Source: Candidatus Latescibacterota bacterium (GTDB taxonomy: Bacteria; Latescibacterota; UBA2968; UBA8231). From it: DNA of 64,000 nt. The stretch lies in NCBI GenBank assembly GCA_965206595.1, contig OZ242214.1, positions 5,152,001 to 5,216,000 of the forward strand, given 5' to 3'. Below the pieces are notes generated by a model. The model had not been told where the DNA came from. It saw nothing but the letters and a program-made list of their open reading frames with translations, and ran no database searches. Within the stretch, counting starts at the first letter, position 1, and each line of letters begins with the position of its first letter. Positions 1 through 11,813 of this stretch are shown one piece after another. The position numbers were made by a program, and so were the translations under genes.

Positions 1-66
1 GATTTGGAGCTGTGGTTTGGGAATAAGGGAATCCACCGGTGGAGGCTGATGCCACCGGCTCCGGGG

Positions 67-549
67 CTATCTCTCTTCAACCGGCATCAGGTTGGGCAGT
101 GCTTGCCGGAACGCTCCGATAAACTCGGTGGCGCGAGGATCGTCGGAGAAGAGAAAGTCCAGAAAACTCAGAAGGCGGTCTCTCGCCTCGGAGCTGATCA
201 GGTGCTCGACCTTGCATGCGTCGATTTGGGCGTCATCCTCGTCCATTCCCAGACCTCGATTCAGGAATTTCTGCACGACCTGTCGGGAGGCTTCCGTCTT
301 CGAAACCACGTCCATGCCCTTTCCCGTCAGTTCGAGGAAACGGTTGTGATCCTCGGCAACGTATCCTCTCTCCTTGAGATGCTTCATCGCCGTCGACACA
401 CTGCCCTTGGTGATTTTCAGGTACTGGGCGATGTCGGAGACCCGGGCGTAGCCGTGCTCCTCCCGCAGCTCGTGAACCGCCATCAAATGGTGGGCGGCGC
501 TGTGGGTAAGCTCGTTCTCCTCGTATCTCTTCCAGAAGTCTTCGAACAT
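67..549 (-). CDS. DtxR/MntR-family metal-dependent transcriptional regulator
   Basis: 160 aa; winged HTH 'ARVSDIAQYLKITKGSVSTAMKHL' and dimerisation/metal motif 'DACKVEHLIS'. Confidence 0.85.
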   Translation of the reverse strand: MFEDFWKRYEENELTHSAAHHLMAVHELREEHGYARVSDIAQYLKITKGSVSTAMKHLKERGYVAEDHNRFLELTGKGMDVVSKTEASRQVVQKFLNRGLGMDEDDAQIDACKVEHLISSEARDRLLSFLDFLFSDDPRATEFIGAFRQALPNLMPVEER

Positions 550-587
550 CAGATCACCGCCTGGTCCATGCGCGAGCTACTGCGCCC

Positions 588-1592
588 TCATTGAATCGCC
601 GCCAATCGCAACATCAGGTCTGCACATCGGTTGGCGTATCCCCATTCGTTGTCGTACCAACCAAGCGCCTTCACGAGAGTGCCGCCGACAACGGTGGTGG
701 ACATTGCGTCGAATATACAGGATGCGGGATTGCCGATGATATCCGTCAAAACAAGCGGTTCCTCGGAATACTCGAGGTATTCCTTCAACGCCCCGGACGC
801 GGCGGCGCGGAATGCCTCGTTTACTTCAGATACCGAGGTCGCCCGTTCGACGACGGCTGTAAAGTCCGTCAACGAACCGTCAGGCGTTGGAACCCGGATG
901 GAAAGACCGTCCAGCTTGCCTCTCAATTCCGGTATAACCAGTCCTACCGCCGCCGCGGCCCCGGTGGTTGTCGGAATCATGTTGACTCCCGCCCCGCGTG
1001 CCCGGCGCAGGTCTTTGTGGGGCTGATCGAGCACACACTGGTCGTTGGTGTACGAGTGGATCGTATTCATTGTTCCACAGGTAACACCGAAGCGCTCGTG
1101 AAGAACCTTGACCATCGGCGCCAGGCAATTGGTCGTGCAGGAGGCGTTCGACACCACCCGGTGATCGGGGGAGAGATCTGCATCGTTGACCCCAAGCACG
1201 ATCACCGCGTCGGCGTTCCTGGCCGGCGCCGATATGACGACCTTGCCCGCTCCTGCTTGCAAGTGAGCTGCCGCCTTGTCGCGGTTGTTGAAACGCCCCG
1301 TCGACTCGAAGGCGATATCTATTCCCTGCGCTCCCCAAGGCAGCCTTGCGGGCTGGGGTTCGCTCAGCACATCGATTCCCCTCCCGTTGACCACGAGGGT
1401 TTGACCCTCGGCGTAAACCTCTCCCGGGAAGCGTCCGTGGGTGGAATCGTATTTCAGCAGGTAGGCCAGGGTTTCGGGGTCGGCGAGATCATTGATGGCG
1501 CAGACCTCGAGCCCGCGACGGGCAAAGGCGGCTTTGAGAACCAAGCGGCCGATACGGCCAAAGCCATTGATGGCGATTCGAGTTTTTTTCAT
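588..1592 (-). CDS. gap: Glyceraldehyde-3-phosphate dehydrogenase, type I
   Basis: 'IAINGFGRIGR', catalytic 'SNASCTTNCLAP', 'WYDNEWGY'; start trimmed to ATG at 1592 (MKKTRI). Confidence 0.97.
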   Translation of the reverse strand: MKKTRIAINGFGRIGRLVLKAAFARRGLEVCAINDLADPETLAYLLKYDSTHGRFPGEVYAEGQTLVVNGRGIDVLSEPQPARLPWGAQGIDIAFESTGRFNNRDKAAAHLQAGAGKVVISAPARNADAVIVLGVNDADLSPDHRVVSNASCTTNCLAPMVKVLHERFGVTCGTMNTIHSYTNDQCVLDQPHKDLRRARGAGVNMIPTTTGAAAAVGLVIPELRGKLDGLSIRVPTPDGSLTDFTAVVERATSVSEVNEAFRAAASGALKEYLEYSEEPLVLTDIIGNPASCIFDAMSTTVVGGTLVKALGWYDNEWGYANRCADLMLRLAAIQ

Positions 1593-1856
1593 TGACGCAA
1601 AAAGAAAAATCCGACGGCGCGAAAAAGGGGCTCGCCGTGCCGCACTCCATGATGGAGTTTTATTTCTCGGAGGGAACCTGGGGGGCGGGGGAGTCGCCTG
1701 TCGGTGCGCGGTTCTGATTTGTGTAGAGTATATCCTAACGATAGCGCCGAAACCCGGCAACCCGACTCGAGGATGCTAGTAGCGATTGGCACGCTACCGT
1801 CCCAGTTTCTATCTTGTCGCTCTCATATCGTCACACTAAAGTTTTAACTCGACACA

Positions 1857-2681
1857 ATGGGTTTCGATTCCACCCACATTAACCAGTTCCGCAACCACGG
1901 ATACACCTCGCTGCCGCAGCTGTTCACCGACGACGAAATAATGATCCTGCAGCGGGAAGTCGAGCGTTTCCGGCAACTCGGTCTCGGCCGCAATGTTCGC
2001 ACCGAGGGAGACGGAGAAACCCACTCGCAGGGGAAGAGCAGCTACCAGGTCATTCCACTGTACGACAAGAGCGACCTGATCCGAGCCTTGCCTTTCGAAC
2101 CCAAGGTGCTCGAGCTGATCACGCAGTTGATCGGCGATCCCTTCCTCCTTCATCTCGATCAGCTCTTTCTGAAACCGGCCGGGCGCGGCACTGGAACCGA
2201 CTGGCATCAGGACAACGCCTACTTCAAGATCGCTGACCCGACGAAAGGAGTGGCGATGTGGGTGGCCGTCCACGATGCCACCATCGCCAACGGAACGCTG
2301 CATGTCATACCCGGCAGCTTCCGCGAGCAGTACGACCATAATCGCGACCCGTACAGCGATCACCACATCCACTGCCGCCCGCCAGAGGAGAAAGCTGTAG
2401 CGATCGAGGTACCTGCAGGAGGAGCGGCTTTTTTTTGTTATGGCTGCGCTCATTGCACGAAAGACAACACCACGAACCGGGAACGGGCCGGTATCGCCTT
2501 CCACTTTCTGAACGCCGATTTCGCTTCCCCCGATCTCCTGTCAGGAGAGCGCTCCCGCCCCTTCCTTACCGGTCCCCGGGCGACAGGTGGGGTTAGAGAG
2601 TACGGCGTGACCGTGGCCGGTACCTGGTCGGCCGAAATGGCGCGCGTTTTGTCCCCCCCTGCCCATCCCCGGACTGCGTGA
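1857..2681 (+). CDS. Phytanoyl-CoA dioxygenase (PhyH) family Fe(II)/2-oxoglutarate dioxygenase
   Basis: 'WHQDNAYF' HxD motif, 'WVAVHDATIANGTLHVIPGS', distal His followed by 'N..R.R'. Confidence 0.88.
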   Translation: MGFDSTHINQFRNHGYTSLPQLFTDDEIMILQREVERFRQLGLGRNVRTEGDGETHSQGKSSYQVIPLYDKSDLIRALPFEPKVLELITQLIGDPFLLHLDQLFLKPAGRGTGTDWHQDNAYFKIADPTKGVAMWVAVHDATIANGTLHVIPGSFREQYDHNRDPYSDHHIHCRPPEEKAVAIEVPAGGAAFFCYGCAHCTKDNTTNRERAGIAFHFLNADFASPDLLSGERSRPFLTGPRATGGVREYGVTVAGTWSAEMARVLSPPAHPRTA

Positions 2682-3757
2682 AGTTCATGAGGCGCTTCTC
2701 TCCCGACGCCCTTCACAGGATCGGTTGCGAACTGTTTCAGGCTGCGGGCTCCTCCGCCGAAGACGCCGAGACCGTCGTCGATCACCTGGTCGAGTCGAAC
2801 CTGTTCGGCCAGGACGCCCACGGAACGCTGCGCTACTACGAGTACGTGGAAAAAATCCTTGAGGGGACCTTCGACCCGAAGGGAAAGCCGACCATTCTGC
2901 AGGACAGGGGGTGTACCGCCCTGATCGACGGAGGGGGCGGATTTGGCCAGGTTAGCGGGCGATTCGCTATCGAGGTGGCAACCGCCAAGGCCCGCAAGCA
3001 CGGCGTCGGCGTCGTCGGACTGCGAAACACCAGTCACGTCGGCCGCGCGGGAGCCTACCCGCTGGCTGCTGCACGTGCTGGATTCGTAGCCCTGGTGTTC
3101 GTCAACGCCGGTCGTCTCGGTCGCCAGATCACCCCTTTCGGGGGTATCGACGGCAAGCTGAGCACCAACCCGATCGCCTTCGCGGCGCCTCGCCCGCACG
3201 GCGAACCGATTCTCGTCGACATGACCACCTCCGTCGTTGCCGAGGGAAAAATTCGCCTGGCCCAGAACAAAGGGGAGCAGGTACCGGAGGGCTGGATCAT
3301 CGACAGTGAAGGAAACCCGACCACCGACCCCAACGATTTCCTCGGTGATCCTCCGGGTGCCATGCTTCCTCTGGGCGGACCGGTCGGTTACAAAGGGTAC
3401 GGCCTGGGACTCATCGTCGAGCTGATGGGCGGACTGTTGGGAGGAGAGGGCACGGCGTCGGGTGAGCGCAGCTTCAAAAGCAACGGCATGCTCTTCACCG
3501 CCTACGACCCCGGTTTCTTCGCCGACGAGGCAACCTACGATCGGGAAATCGAGAGCCTCATACGGCACGTGACTTCGAGCAGGCCGGACCCGCGCTTCGG
3601 CGAAGTGCTGCTACCCGGGGAACTGGAGTTTCGCACCGCGGCGCAACGACGCAGGGAAGGCATCGCCGTCGACGACGGCACCTGGCAGCGTATCGTCGAT
3701 GCCGCCCGGCGGGTCGGTCTCGACCCGGAGAAGTGGGAAGCGGACGTTCTCTCCTGA
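2678..3757 (+). CDS. Type-2 malate/L-lactate dehydrogenase family (Ldh_2) oxidoreductase
   Basis: 'GQDAHG', 'SHVGRAG', 'STNPIAFAAP', 'DMTTS', 'GYKGYGL'; GTGA overlap with the phyH stop. Confidence 0.9.
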   Translation: MKFMRRFSPDALHRIGCELFQAAGSSAEDAETVVDHLVESNLFGQDAHGTLRYYEYVEKILEGTFDPKGKPTILQDRGCTALIDGGGGFGQVSGRFAIEVATAKARKHGVGVVGLRNTSHVGRAGAYPLAAARAGFVALVFVNAGRLGRQITPFGGIDGKLSTNPIAFAAPRPHGEPILVDMTTSVVAEGKIRLAQNKGEQVPEGWIIDSEGNPTTDPNDFLGDPPGAMLPLGGPVGYKGYGLGLIVELMGGLLGGEGTASGERSFKSNGMLFTAYDPGFFADEATYDREIESLIRHVTSSRPDPRFGEVLLPGELEFRTAAQRRREGIAVDDGTWQRIVDAARRVGLDPEKWEADVLS

Positions 3758-3852
3758 CAGCACCAATGCTCGGGGAGTGTCGCTGAGGTCGTTCTTGCCT
3801 GTCGCTGAAGACTGTTCGACCCTCTTCAGGTACTCTGCATGCCTCGATTGAG

Positions 3853-3882
3853 GCTGGCGGTTACCTACTCGTAACCGCCAGC
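3853..3882. terminator. Perfect 12-bp hairpin between the convergent ldh2 and selC genes
   Basis: GCTGGCGGTTAC-ctactc-GTAACCGCCAGC; no clear U-tract. Confidence 0.45.
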
Positions 3883-4048
3883 ATTCAGGTCGCGCCGAAT
3901 TCTTTACCGTCGGCCAATCACACTTCAGACCGTGTCCTGAAACAGCAGCCCACCTGCATGAGCGAAGGTTACGTGCCTCGAAGGCCTTTGAAATCAGAGA
4001 GGCTGTAGAAAGAGGAAGATTTCGTACACACAAGCTCGATCAGGGAAA

Positions 4049-4147
4049 TGGCGGGAACGTGTGGGAATCGAACCCACCCGGCGCCGCTTTCGCGACACCG
4101 CTACGGATTTGAAGTCCGCGGGGACCACCAGGCTCCCATCCGCTCCC
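4049..4147 (-). tRNA. selC: tRNA-Sec (UCA)
   Basis: Minus strand reads GGGAGCGGATGGGAGCCTGGTGGTCCCCGCGGACTTCAAATCCG...GGTTCGATTCCCACACGTTCCCGCCA; anticodon loop CTTCAAA, long variable arm, 99 nt, encoded CCA. Confidence 0.93.
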
Positions 4148-4178
4148 TTCGGAAGTTCAGCAAGCCGGCGTCCAACCG

Positions 4179-4347
4179 CTAGTGTCAACGTCGCAGAGAT
4201 AGATGACAATATTGGGACGCCCTGGCGCCCCGGCTCACAAGGCCCCTGAGCGAGTCGTACCAAGGGTGTACGGCAAGTGAAGGCAACGCCGTGAGCCGGG
4301 ATGGTTCGGCGTCCTAATGGCGACATATTTCTGCGACGCCACACTAG
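4179..4347 (+). ncRNA. Candidate structured ncRNA (long rod-shaped hairpin, possibly 6S RNA)
   Basis: Nested stems CTAGTGT/ACACTAG, CGTCGCAGAGATA/TATTTCTGCGACG, TTGGGACGCC/GGCGTCCTAA, CCCGGCTCAC/GTGAGCCGGG; mismatches are G-U pairs on the + strand. Confidence 0.5.
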
Positions 4348-4351
4348 AGCC

Positions 4352-5302
4352 TTAAAGCCGGGTTCCCCTCGCATCCTCCAGTGTTGTCGCCGGGAGCTCT
4401 GGGTACTCGAAAGGCAGGTCCCAGCGCAGGCGCCTTTCCGGTTCTTCACCCAGGTTTTCGATCACCAAATCGAGGTGGCGCGTTTTTTCATCGACGATCG
4501 GACTGCGGCGGTCCGCTTTTCTATTTGGAAAAAACAGACGGAAAACGACCTTGCCATCGAGAACGGGTTTCTTTGGTCTGTCGAACTCGTACGGGTATTG
4601 CCCGGCCTGCCCACTCGGGGCGTAGCGATTGCCCTCTTGATCGACCAGGAAAACGCGACTCCCGATATCGTCTATGCGGGGCGACAGGTCGGACTCGCTG
4701 TTGTCCAAGTAGATGTAGAATACAAAACGGCTGTAGAGCGTCGGGCCCCAGCGCTGGTTGTATCGATGCCGGAGCAAGGGGTACTTGTGGTCGTACACCT
4801 CCCCCAACAACCGTCGCACGTACTCGGCCCGCCAGTTGTCGAACACTTTCTTTTCAATCGGGTTGCTCGCGTCGAACGAGCGATTCACGTAGACGAGGTA
4901 CTGATAATAGAGGCTGTTAATGTCGGTGCCGTCCTGAAACGGATAATGGCCATCCACGTACTGGTAGATGAACTCTCGAAACCGACTCAGGAGCTGTTCC
5001 TGATCGAGGCCATCCTGCTCGGCTTTTGCGTACAAGTTAACGATCTCGTAGGCGAAAGTGCGCATCGTCGCCTGTACGAAGATTCCGTCGCTACCGGTAT
5101 GGCTTCGGTTGACGATTCGCCACACCTGCTGTTCTACCCGCTCGAATGGTCCCGGCTCTTTGTCCGGGGCGCAGGCGACGAAGAGCAGGCACAGAATCGA
5201 CTGCACCGTGCCCAATAGGTATTTCGACTTTGCGCCGGTTCCCGGTGGTGGACTTTTCTTGGAAAGGGAGGGCCGGCCGAAACCCAATTGGACTTTTGTC
5301 AC
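4352..5302 (-). CDS. Hypothetical protein, probable lipoprotein (start uncertain)
   Basis: 316 aa ORF co-oriented with rplI; hydrophobic stretch ending 'LLFVAC'; no family recognised. Confidence 0.6.
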   Translation of the reverse strand: MTKVQLGFGRPSLSKKSPPPGTGAKSKYLLGTVQSILCLLFVACAPDKEPGPFERVEQQVWRIVNRSHTGSDGIFVQATMRTFAYEIVNLYAKAEQDGLDQEQLLSRFREFIYQYVDGHYPFQDGTDINSLYYQYLVYVNRSFDASNPIEKKVFDNWRAEYVRRLLGEVYDHKYPLLRHRYNQRWGPTLYSRFVFYIYLDNSESDLSPRIDDIGSRVFLVDQEGNRYAPSGQAGQYPYEFDRPKKPVLDGKVVFRLFFPNRKADRRSPIVDEKTRHLDLVIENLGEEPERRLRWDLPFEYPELPATTLEDARGTRL

Positions 5303-5322
5303 GGAAACCGGAAGTGGTGGTG

Positions 5323-5766
5323 CTACTCTTTCACGACCCAGAGCTTGACTGTCGCCGCTACCTCCGGGTGCAGATTCACCTTCACATTGTAGACACCCAA
5401 GGCCCGGATCGGTTCATCGAGCTCGACCATGCGGCGGTCGATCTCGCACCCCAGCTCCCCGAGCAGATCGACGATGTTCTGGGAAGTCACCGATCCGAAC
5501 ATCTGTTCGCCTTCCCCTACCTTGACCTGGGCGGTCAAAGAAGCCTGCTCGAGCTGGTTGGCCAGGCCTGCGGCGCTGCGCTGTTCCCGTTCTGCCGCCG
5601 CTTCGTGCTGGCGTCGCCGGGTTTCGAATTGAGCAACGTTGGCGTCCGTAGCCACTAGCGCCTGGTTTTTGGGAATCAGGTAATTTCGTCCGAATCCATC
5701 ACTGACCTGAACAATCTCGCCGGCAGCACCGACCCGGTCCACGTCCTTGAGAAGTATGACTTTCAC
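5323..5766 (-). CDS. rplI: 50S ribosomal protein L9
   Basis: 'MKVILLKDV...GEIVQVSDGFGRNYLIP', 'MFGSVT', 'PIRALG'. Confidence 0.97.
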   Translation of the reverse strand: MKVILLKDVDRVGAAGEIVQVSDGFGRNYLIPKNQALVATDANVAQFETRRRQHEAAAEREQRSAAGLANQLEQASLTAQVKVGEGEQMFGSVTSQNIVDLLGELGCEIDRRMVELDEPIRALGVYNVKVNLHPEVAATVKLWVVKE

Positions 5767-5767
5767 T

Positions 5768-6604
5768 CTATTCGACCTCCTCCTCTTCCTGCGATTGGCT
5801 ACGCCCGAGGCGGCGCCAATCGAACCATGTATCCATCAATCCCACACCTGCCAGTATCAAACCTGCCCATCCCGTAATAAACGCTACGATGTAAAGGACG
5901 AACTCCAGGGTTCGCGCAACCTGCATTCGCCACAGATAGTAACGCGCCACCGAAAACCCCTGAACAGCGTACAACACGAGAGCCACCACTACGATGTTGA
6001 CCGCCAGTGTATTCAACACCCCAACCCCGGTCAGCAACCACAGTGCCACTCCTCCGACAAGGATCCAGATCATCTGCTCCCAGAGCCGCCATTCGCGCAT
6101 CGGCGGTGGGGCGGGAAGCGCGACAACGCCGGTCAAGAGACCCAACCAGCGGGCCAGTGCATAGCCGAGGACGAGTTTCAGGAGAACGTACAACACCGCG
6201 GCACTTGGTTGCAGAAGGACGAACAGGCGAACCAGGTCGAGCGCGAATCCCTGCGAGGTCAGCGCCGGTAGCCCTGAATCCTTTAACTGCCGCAGTTGCT
6301 CCTCGCCGATCTGGTCGAGCGTCATCTCCTCGCTGTGCAATGCTCCAACCAGGTACAAACCATATAACAAGCCCGGCATGGAAGCGGTTGCGATCACCAG
6401 GCCGTAGGTTCTTCCCCTAGCTGTCTGTGCCGCGGCCAGTACCCCGGCTACCGGGGCGAGGGCGACGACCGGTTCCCATTGCAGAATCCCGGCCATGACT
6501 GCGACCGCCGGCAACGCTGCGGCCACCCCGACGACCGTCAAGCCGAAGCGAAAACAGGCTACCAGCGTCCCCGCCGTCAGTGACAAACTCGCGAGGAACA
6601 GCAC
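5768..6604 (-). CDS. DUF2232 (YybS-like) membrane protein
   Basis: Multi-TM; 'QGFSVA' and C-terminal 'GLMDTWFDWR'; usual position upstream of rplI. Confidence 0.8.
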   Translation of the reverse strand: MLFLASLSLTAGTLVACFRFGLTVVGVAAALPAVAVMAGILQWEPVVALAPVAGVLAAAQTARGRTYGLVIATASMPGLLYGLYLVGALHSEEMTLDQIGEEQLRQLKDSGLPALTSQGFALDLVRLFVLLQPSAAVLYVLLKLVLGYALARWLGLLTGVVALPAPPPMREWRLWEQMIWILVGGVALWLLTGVGVLNTLAVNIVVVALVLYAVQGFSVARYYLWRMQVARTLEFVLYIVAFITGWAGLILAGVGLMDTWFDWRRLGRSQSQEEEEVE

Positions 6605-6653
6605 CCGCTATGGACCCTTACTTCCGGAAACGGCTGCGGAGTTGCCGCCTAGC

Positions 6654-7220
6654 CTAGCCGCTCCCCGCCGTCTGTCCATCAGCCGCATCCCCTTCGGCGA
6701 CGGTTTCGACCGCGGGTTCCGGATCCGCGTCCCCCTTCTCCTCTTCCGGTGACTCGACCCGGGTTTGGACTTCGCCCCCTTCCCGGGATGTGGCCGGTGC
6801 CGGACCGCGGCGCTCGCTCCCGTCGCGGTCGCGGCGGCCGCGGCCATATCGCTGCCCTCCGCGATCTTCACGGGTAAAGATGTAGACGTTCTCGGGAGCG
6901 AGCTGGGGCACCCGTAGAAAATCCCCGGTAACGGCGACGACAAGGTGCCGCAGCACGGAATCGTCGAGCTTGAGACCTTGCTGGATCTGGTCAACCAACC
7001 CGGCTTCCGCCGTGAACTGGAAGAGCGCAAAGTATCCCTGTTGCCGCCGCTTGAATCCGACGGAGCTGTAGGCAAGCTTGCGCAGTCCCCAACGATCCAC
7101 CGCGGCGACCTCTGCTCCACCGGATTTCAGCAGACCTTCGTATTTCTCTATCAGTGCTTCGAATCCGCTGTCTCCTGCCTGCGGATCGAAGACACAGGTC
7201 AGTTCGTATTTCCTTGTCAT
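6654..7220 (-). CDS. rpsF: 30S ribosomal protein S6 with long C-terminal tail
   Basis: 'RKYELTCVFDP', 'WGLRKLAY', 'VLRHLVV'; then ~85 aa of R/G-rich followed by acidic tail. Confidence 0.92.
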   Translation of the reverse strand: MTRKYELTCVFDPQAGDSGFEALIEKYEGLLKSGGAEVAAVDRWGLRKLAYSSVGFKRRQQGYFALFQFTAEAGLVDQIQQGLKLDDSVLRHLVVAVTGDFLRVPQLAPENVYIFTREDRGGQRYGRGRRDRDGSERRGPAPATSREGGEVQTRVESPEEEKGDADPEPAVETVAEGDAADGQTAGSG

Positions 7221-7263
7221 GACATCACCGCTTTCTTGGCTCTGCTCTTTTTGGCGTCGTTTC

Positions 7264-9321
<2,058 letters not shown>

Positions 9322-9368
9322 AGACCTCCCGACTCCGAAAATTGAGTAAGCCCTGACAGCCGCCGTTT

Positions 9369-9968
9369 CTACAGCGGTGGGCAACCGTTATAGCGATTCA
9401 TCGCCACGTCCAACCCGTCCCTCACACAGCTCTCGACGGCGCTACAGGCGCGATCGAGGAGGGCAGCTACAGGTTCGTTGCCGGCGAATTCAGTCAGCAC
9501 GAAATCGATGTCGTCCTCACCGGTGACCGGACCGATCCCAAGCCGCAACCGGGGAACAGCCTCCGTCCCCAATGCCCCCAGAACGGAGGCCAAGCCGTTA
9601 TGCCCTCCGTCGCTGCCTCCGCGCCGCAAGCGAATTCGCGAAAACGGTAAGGTAAAATCGTCGCAAACGACCAGTACTTGCCCGGGACCGACGGTCTCCT
9701 GCCACCGCAATCCGGATAGGGCATCGCCGCTCCGGTTCATGTAGGTTTGCGGTTTCAACAGAGTGACCTTTCCGGTGCCCAGCGGGACCTGCGCAGTTTT
9801 GCCGACCTGCCCGGTCCGCCAGCGCTCACCGAACTCTTCCACAAGACGATCGACAACCATGAATCCGATGTTGTGCCGGGTAGCCGCGTGTCGTGAGCCC
9901 GGATTGCCGAGCCCGACCACGATACGGATGTGGGCTTCGAGAAGCTCAGGAGTTGTGGTCTCCTTCAT
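9369..9968 (-). CDS. pth: Peptidyl-tRNA hydrolase
   Basis: 'VGLGNPG...TRHNIGF', '[10 protein letters not shown]', 'GGHNGL'. Confidence 0.95.
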   Translation of the reverse strand: MKETTTPELLEAHIRIVVGLGNPGSRHAATRHNIGFMVVDRLVEEFGERWRTGQVGKTAQVPLGTGKVTLLKPQTYMNRSGDALSGLRWQETVGPGQVLVVCDDFTLPFSRIRLRRGGSDGGHNGLASVLGALGTEAVPRLRLGIGPVTGEDDIDFVLTEFAGNEPVAALLDRACSAVESCVRDGLDVAMNRYNGCPPL

Positions 9969-10638
9969 CTGTCTGGTCGCCCTCCCCTGCTTCCGGACCT
10001 TCCTCTTCGAGCGCCTCCTCGTCCTCGACGGACTCTTCGTCGATGGTCAGACGCGGCGACAGCACGCTGACTATGGTGATGGCGGAATCCGTCGTGATCC
10101 TGCTGTCCTGCTCCAGGAGATCGCTTACGTGAATGCTGCCGCCTATGTCGAGCTCGGAGATGTCGAGCTCGACACGGGATGGCAGTTCGGAAGCCAGGCA
10201 AACCATTTCCAATCGCTGCAGGGAATGCTGCACGGCGCCACCGCCGACATGCACCCCTACCGGGTCCCCCAGCGTGGAAATCGGCACCTCGACACGCAAG
10301 TGCTCTTCCAGATCGATTCTCAGCATGTCGACGTGCAGTATATCCCCTGTGACTTTGTGATACTGGATCTCGCGGACCACGGCCGGGCCACTCGTCCCGT
10401 TGCCGTTCATCTGCAGCAGAAAGACGGCGTTCTGCCCACCCTTGCTCAGTGCACGTTCGAGAGAGAGGGTCGAAACCTTGAAGGGTACCGGCTCCTGGTT
10501 ATGGCCGTAGACGATTCCGGGAAGCTTTCCGGCCTCTCGCCGCAACCGGCCAACGGGACCCTTGCCGCTCTCGGTTCGTTCCTCGATATCCAGCTCGATC
10601 TCGTCGCGCCGATAAATTTGCATCTTGACGGCAGGCAT
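9946..10638 (-). CDS. rplY: 50S ribosomal protein L25/Ctc
   Basis: 'GKGPVGRLRREAGKLPGIVYG', 'ILHVD', CTC C-terminal domain, acidic tail. Confidence 0.93.
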   Translation of the reverse strand: MPAVKMQIYRRDEIELDIEERTESGKGPVGRLRREAGKLPGIVYGHNQEPVPFKVSTLSLERALSKGGQNAVFLLQMNGNGTSGPAVVREIQYHKVTGDILHVDMLRIDLEEHLRVEVPISTLGDPVGVHVGGGAVQHSLQRLEMVCLASELPSRVELDISELDIGGSIHVSDLLEQDSRITTDSAITIVSVLSPRLTIDEESVEDEEALEEEGPEAGEGDQTDEGDHNS

Positions 10639-10707
10639 TGATCACTTCTCCCGACTAGATTTTTCGTCCGGGTCGCATTCAACCCGGCACGTGCTACTTG
10701 TGATTTT

Positions 10708-10782
10708 TGGCTGCCCGGCGAGGACTTGAACCTCGATAGACGGAACCAAAATCCGTTGTCCTACCAATTGAACGACCGGGCA
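10708..10782 (-). tRNA. tRNA-Gln (UUG)
   Basis: TGCCCGGTCGTTCAATTGGTAGGACAACGGATTTTGGTTCCGT...GGTTCAAGTCCTCGCCGGGCAGCCA. Confidence 0.95.
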
Positions 10783-10863
10783 GCAAAATGCGGTTTTCTT
10801 TCTCAGGCTCGAACCAGCAGACGGTGGGACTCAGGGGCTCGTCACGGATCTGTGTCTCAGCCA

Positions 10864-11766
10864 CTATTCCCTGGTCCTGCAATGAAAAGACCGGACCCCC
10901 TTTGCCGTCAGCTGCGAATGAGCCGACGCGGCGGCGATCCGGTCGTCGAATATGCCGTAAACGGCGGAGCCGCTACCGGTCAGGGATGCGATTGCGGCCC
11001 CCGCGGCCAGCAGTTGCTCTCTGGTTTCTGCGACGATGGGTTTGGCTCGTTCGACGATCGGTTGGAAGTCGTTCTCAATCAACTCGACCAAGCGATTAGC
11101 ATCGACGCGCCCGCCGCCAAGCGAACCGGCGAATATAGCGTAAGCAGAAACAGGTGTCAATTTGCCGCAGCGCAGGTGTGCATACGCCCACACTGTATCG
11201 ATCGCCACCCCGGGATAGGCGATGACGTACTCGAACCGTTCGCAGGAAACCGGCTCGACGATATCACCGCGCCCCCGCATAACGGCGGTTCCCCCGCGGA
11301 CCAGGAAGGGAACATCCGACCCGAGCGAAGCCCCCCAAGTGGCCAAGGTATCGATACTGGGCTGGACCCCGGTGATCGCGGCCATCCCCCGCAGTACGGC
11401 CGCGGCATCAGCGCTGCCTCCACCGAGGCCGGCACCGATTGGGATCCTCTTTTCGAGATGAATGTGAACAGGCCGGTTATCCCCCTTCATCTTCTCGCGA
11501 CACAGCCTGAGGGCGCGCATCACCAGATTGTCGTCGCTCGCCAGCTCCGAAGCGGAACAACTCATTCCGTCAGAGGAAGCAGCGATGAACTCAAGCCGGT
11601 CGCTGAGATCGACCGTTTGACAGATACTGACCAAGTCGTGGAAGCCATCCTCCCGTTTGCCGAGGATCTTCAAACCCAGGTTGACCTTGGCATTCGCAAT
11701 TTCAACGGAAAGCGGGCCCTTTCCAATTTCTCCAGAATCCCGGATCACAAAACTTGACCTCCACAA
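10864..11766 (-). CDS. ispE: 4-diphosphocytidyl-2-C-methyl-D-erythritol kinase
   Basis: 'AKVNLGLKILGKREDGFH', GHMP 'KRIPIGAGLGGGSADAA', 'GSDVPF', 'LTGSGS'; start uncertain. Confidence 0.95.
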   Translation of the reverse strand: MWRSSFVIRDSGEIGKGPLSVEIANAKVNLGLKILGKREDGFHDLVSICQTVDLSDRLEFIAASSDGMSCSASELASDDNLVMRALRLCREKMKGDNRPVHIHLEKRIPIGAGLGGGSADAAAVLRGMAAITGVQPSIDTLATWGASLGSDVPFLVRGGTAVMRGRGDIVEPVSCERFEYVIAYPGVAIDTVWAYAHLRCGKLTPVSAYAIFAGSLGGGRVDANRLVELIENDFQPIVERAKPIVAETREQLLAAGAAIASLTGSGSAVYGIFDDRIAAASAHSQLTAKGVRSFHCRTRE

Positions 11767-11813
11767 GTACGATCCATATAATCCGAATTCTCCGCGCTAT
11801 CCACGTTAGTTAA

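Noticed and set aside
591-1595. Long antisense ORFs (also 4301-5218, 15737-16915, 23371-24735, 32725-33906 and others)
   Set aside because: Shadow frames of well-supported genes, expected in high-GC DNA.
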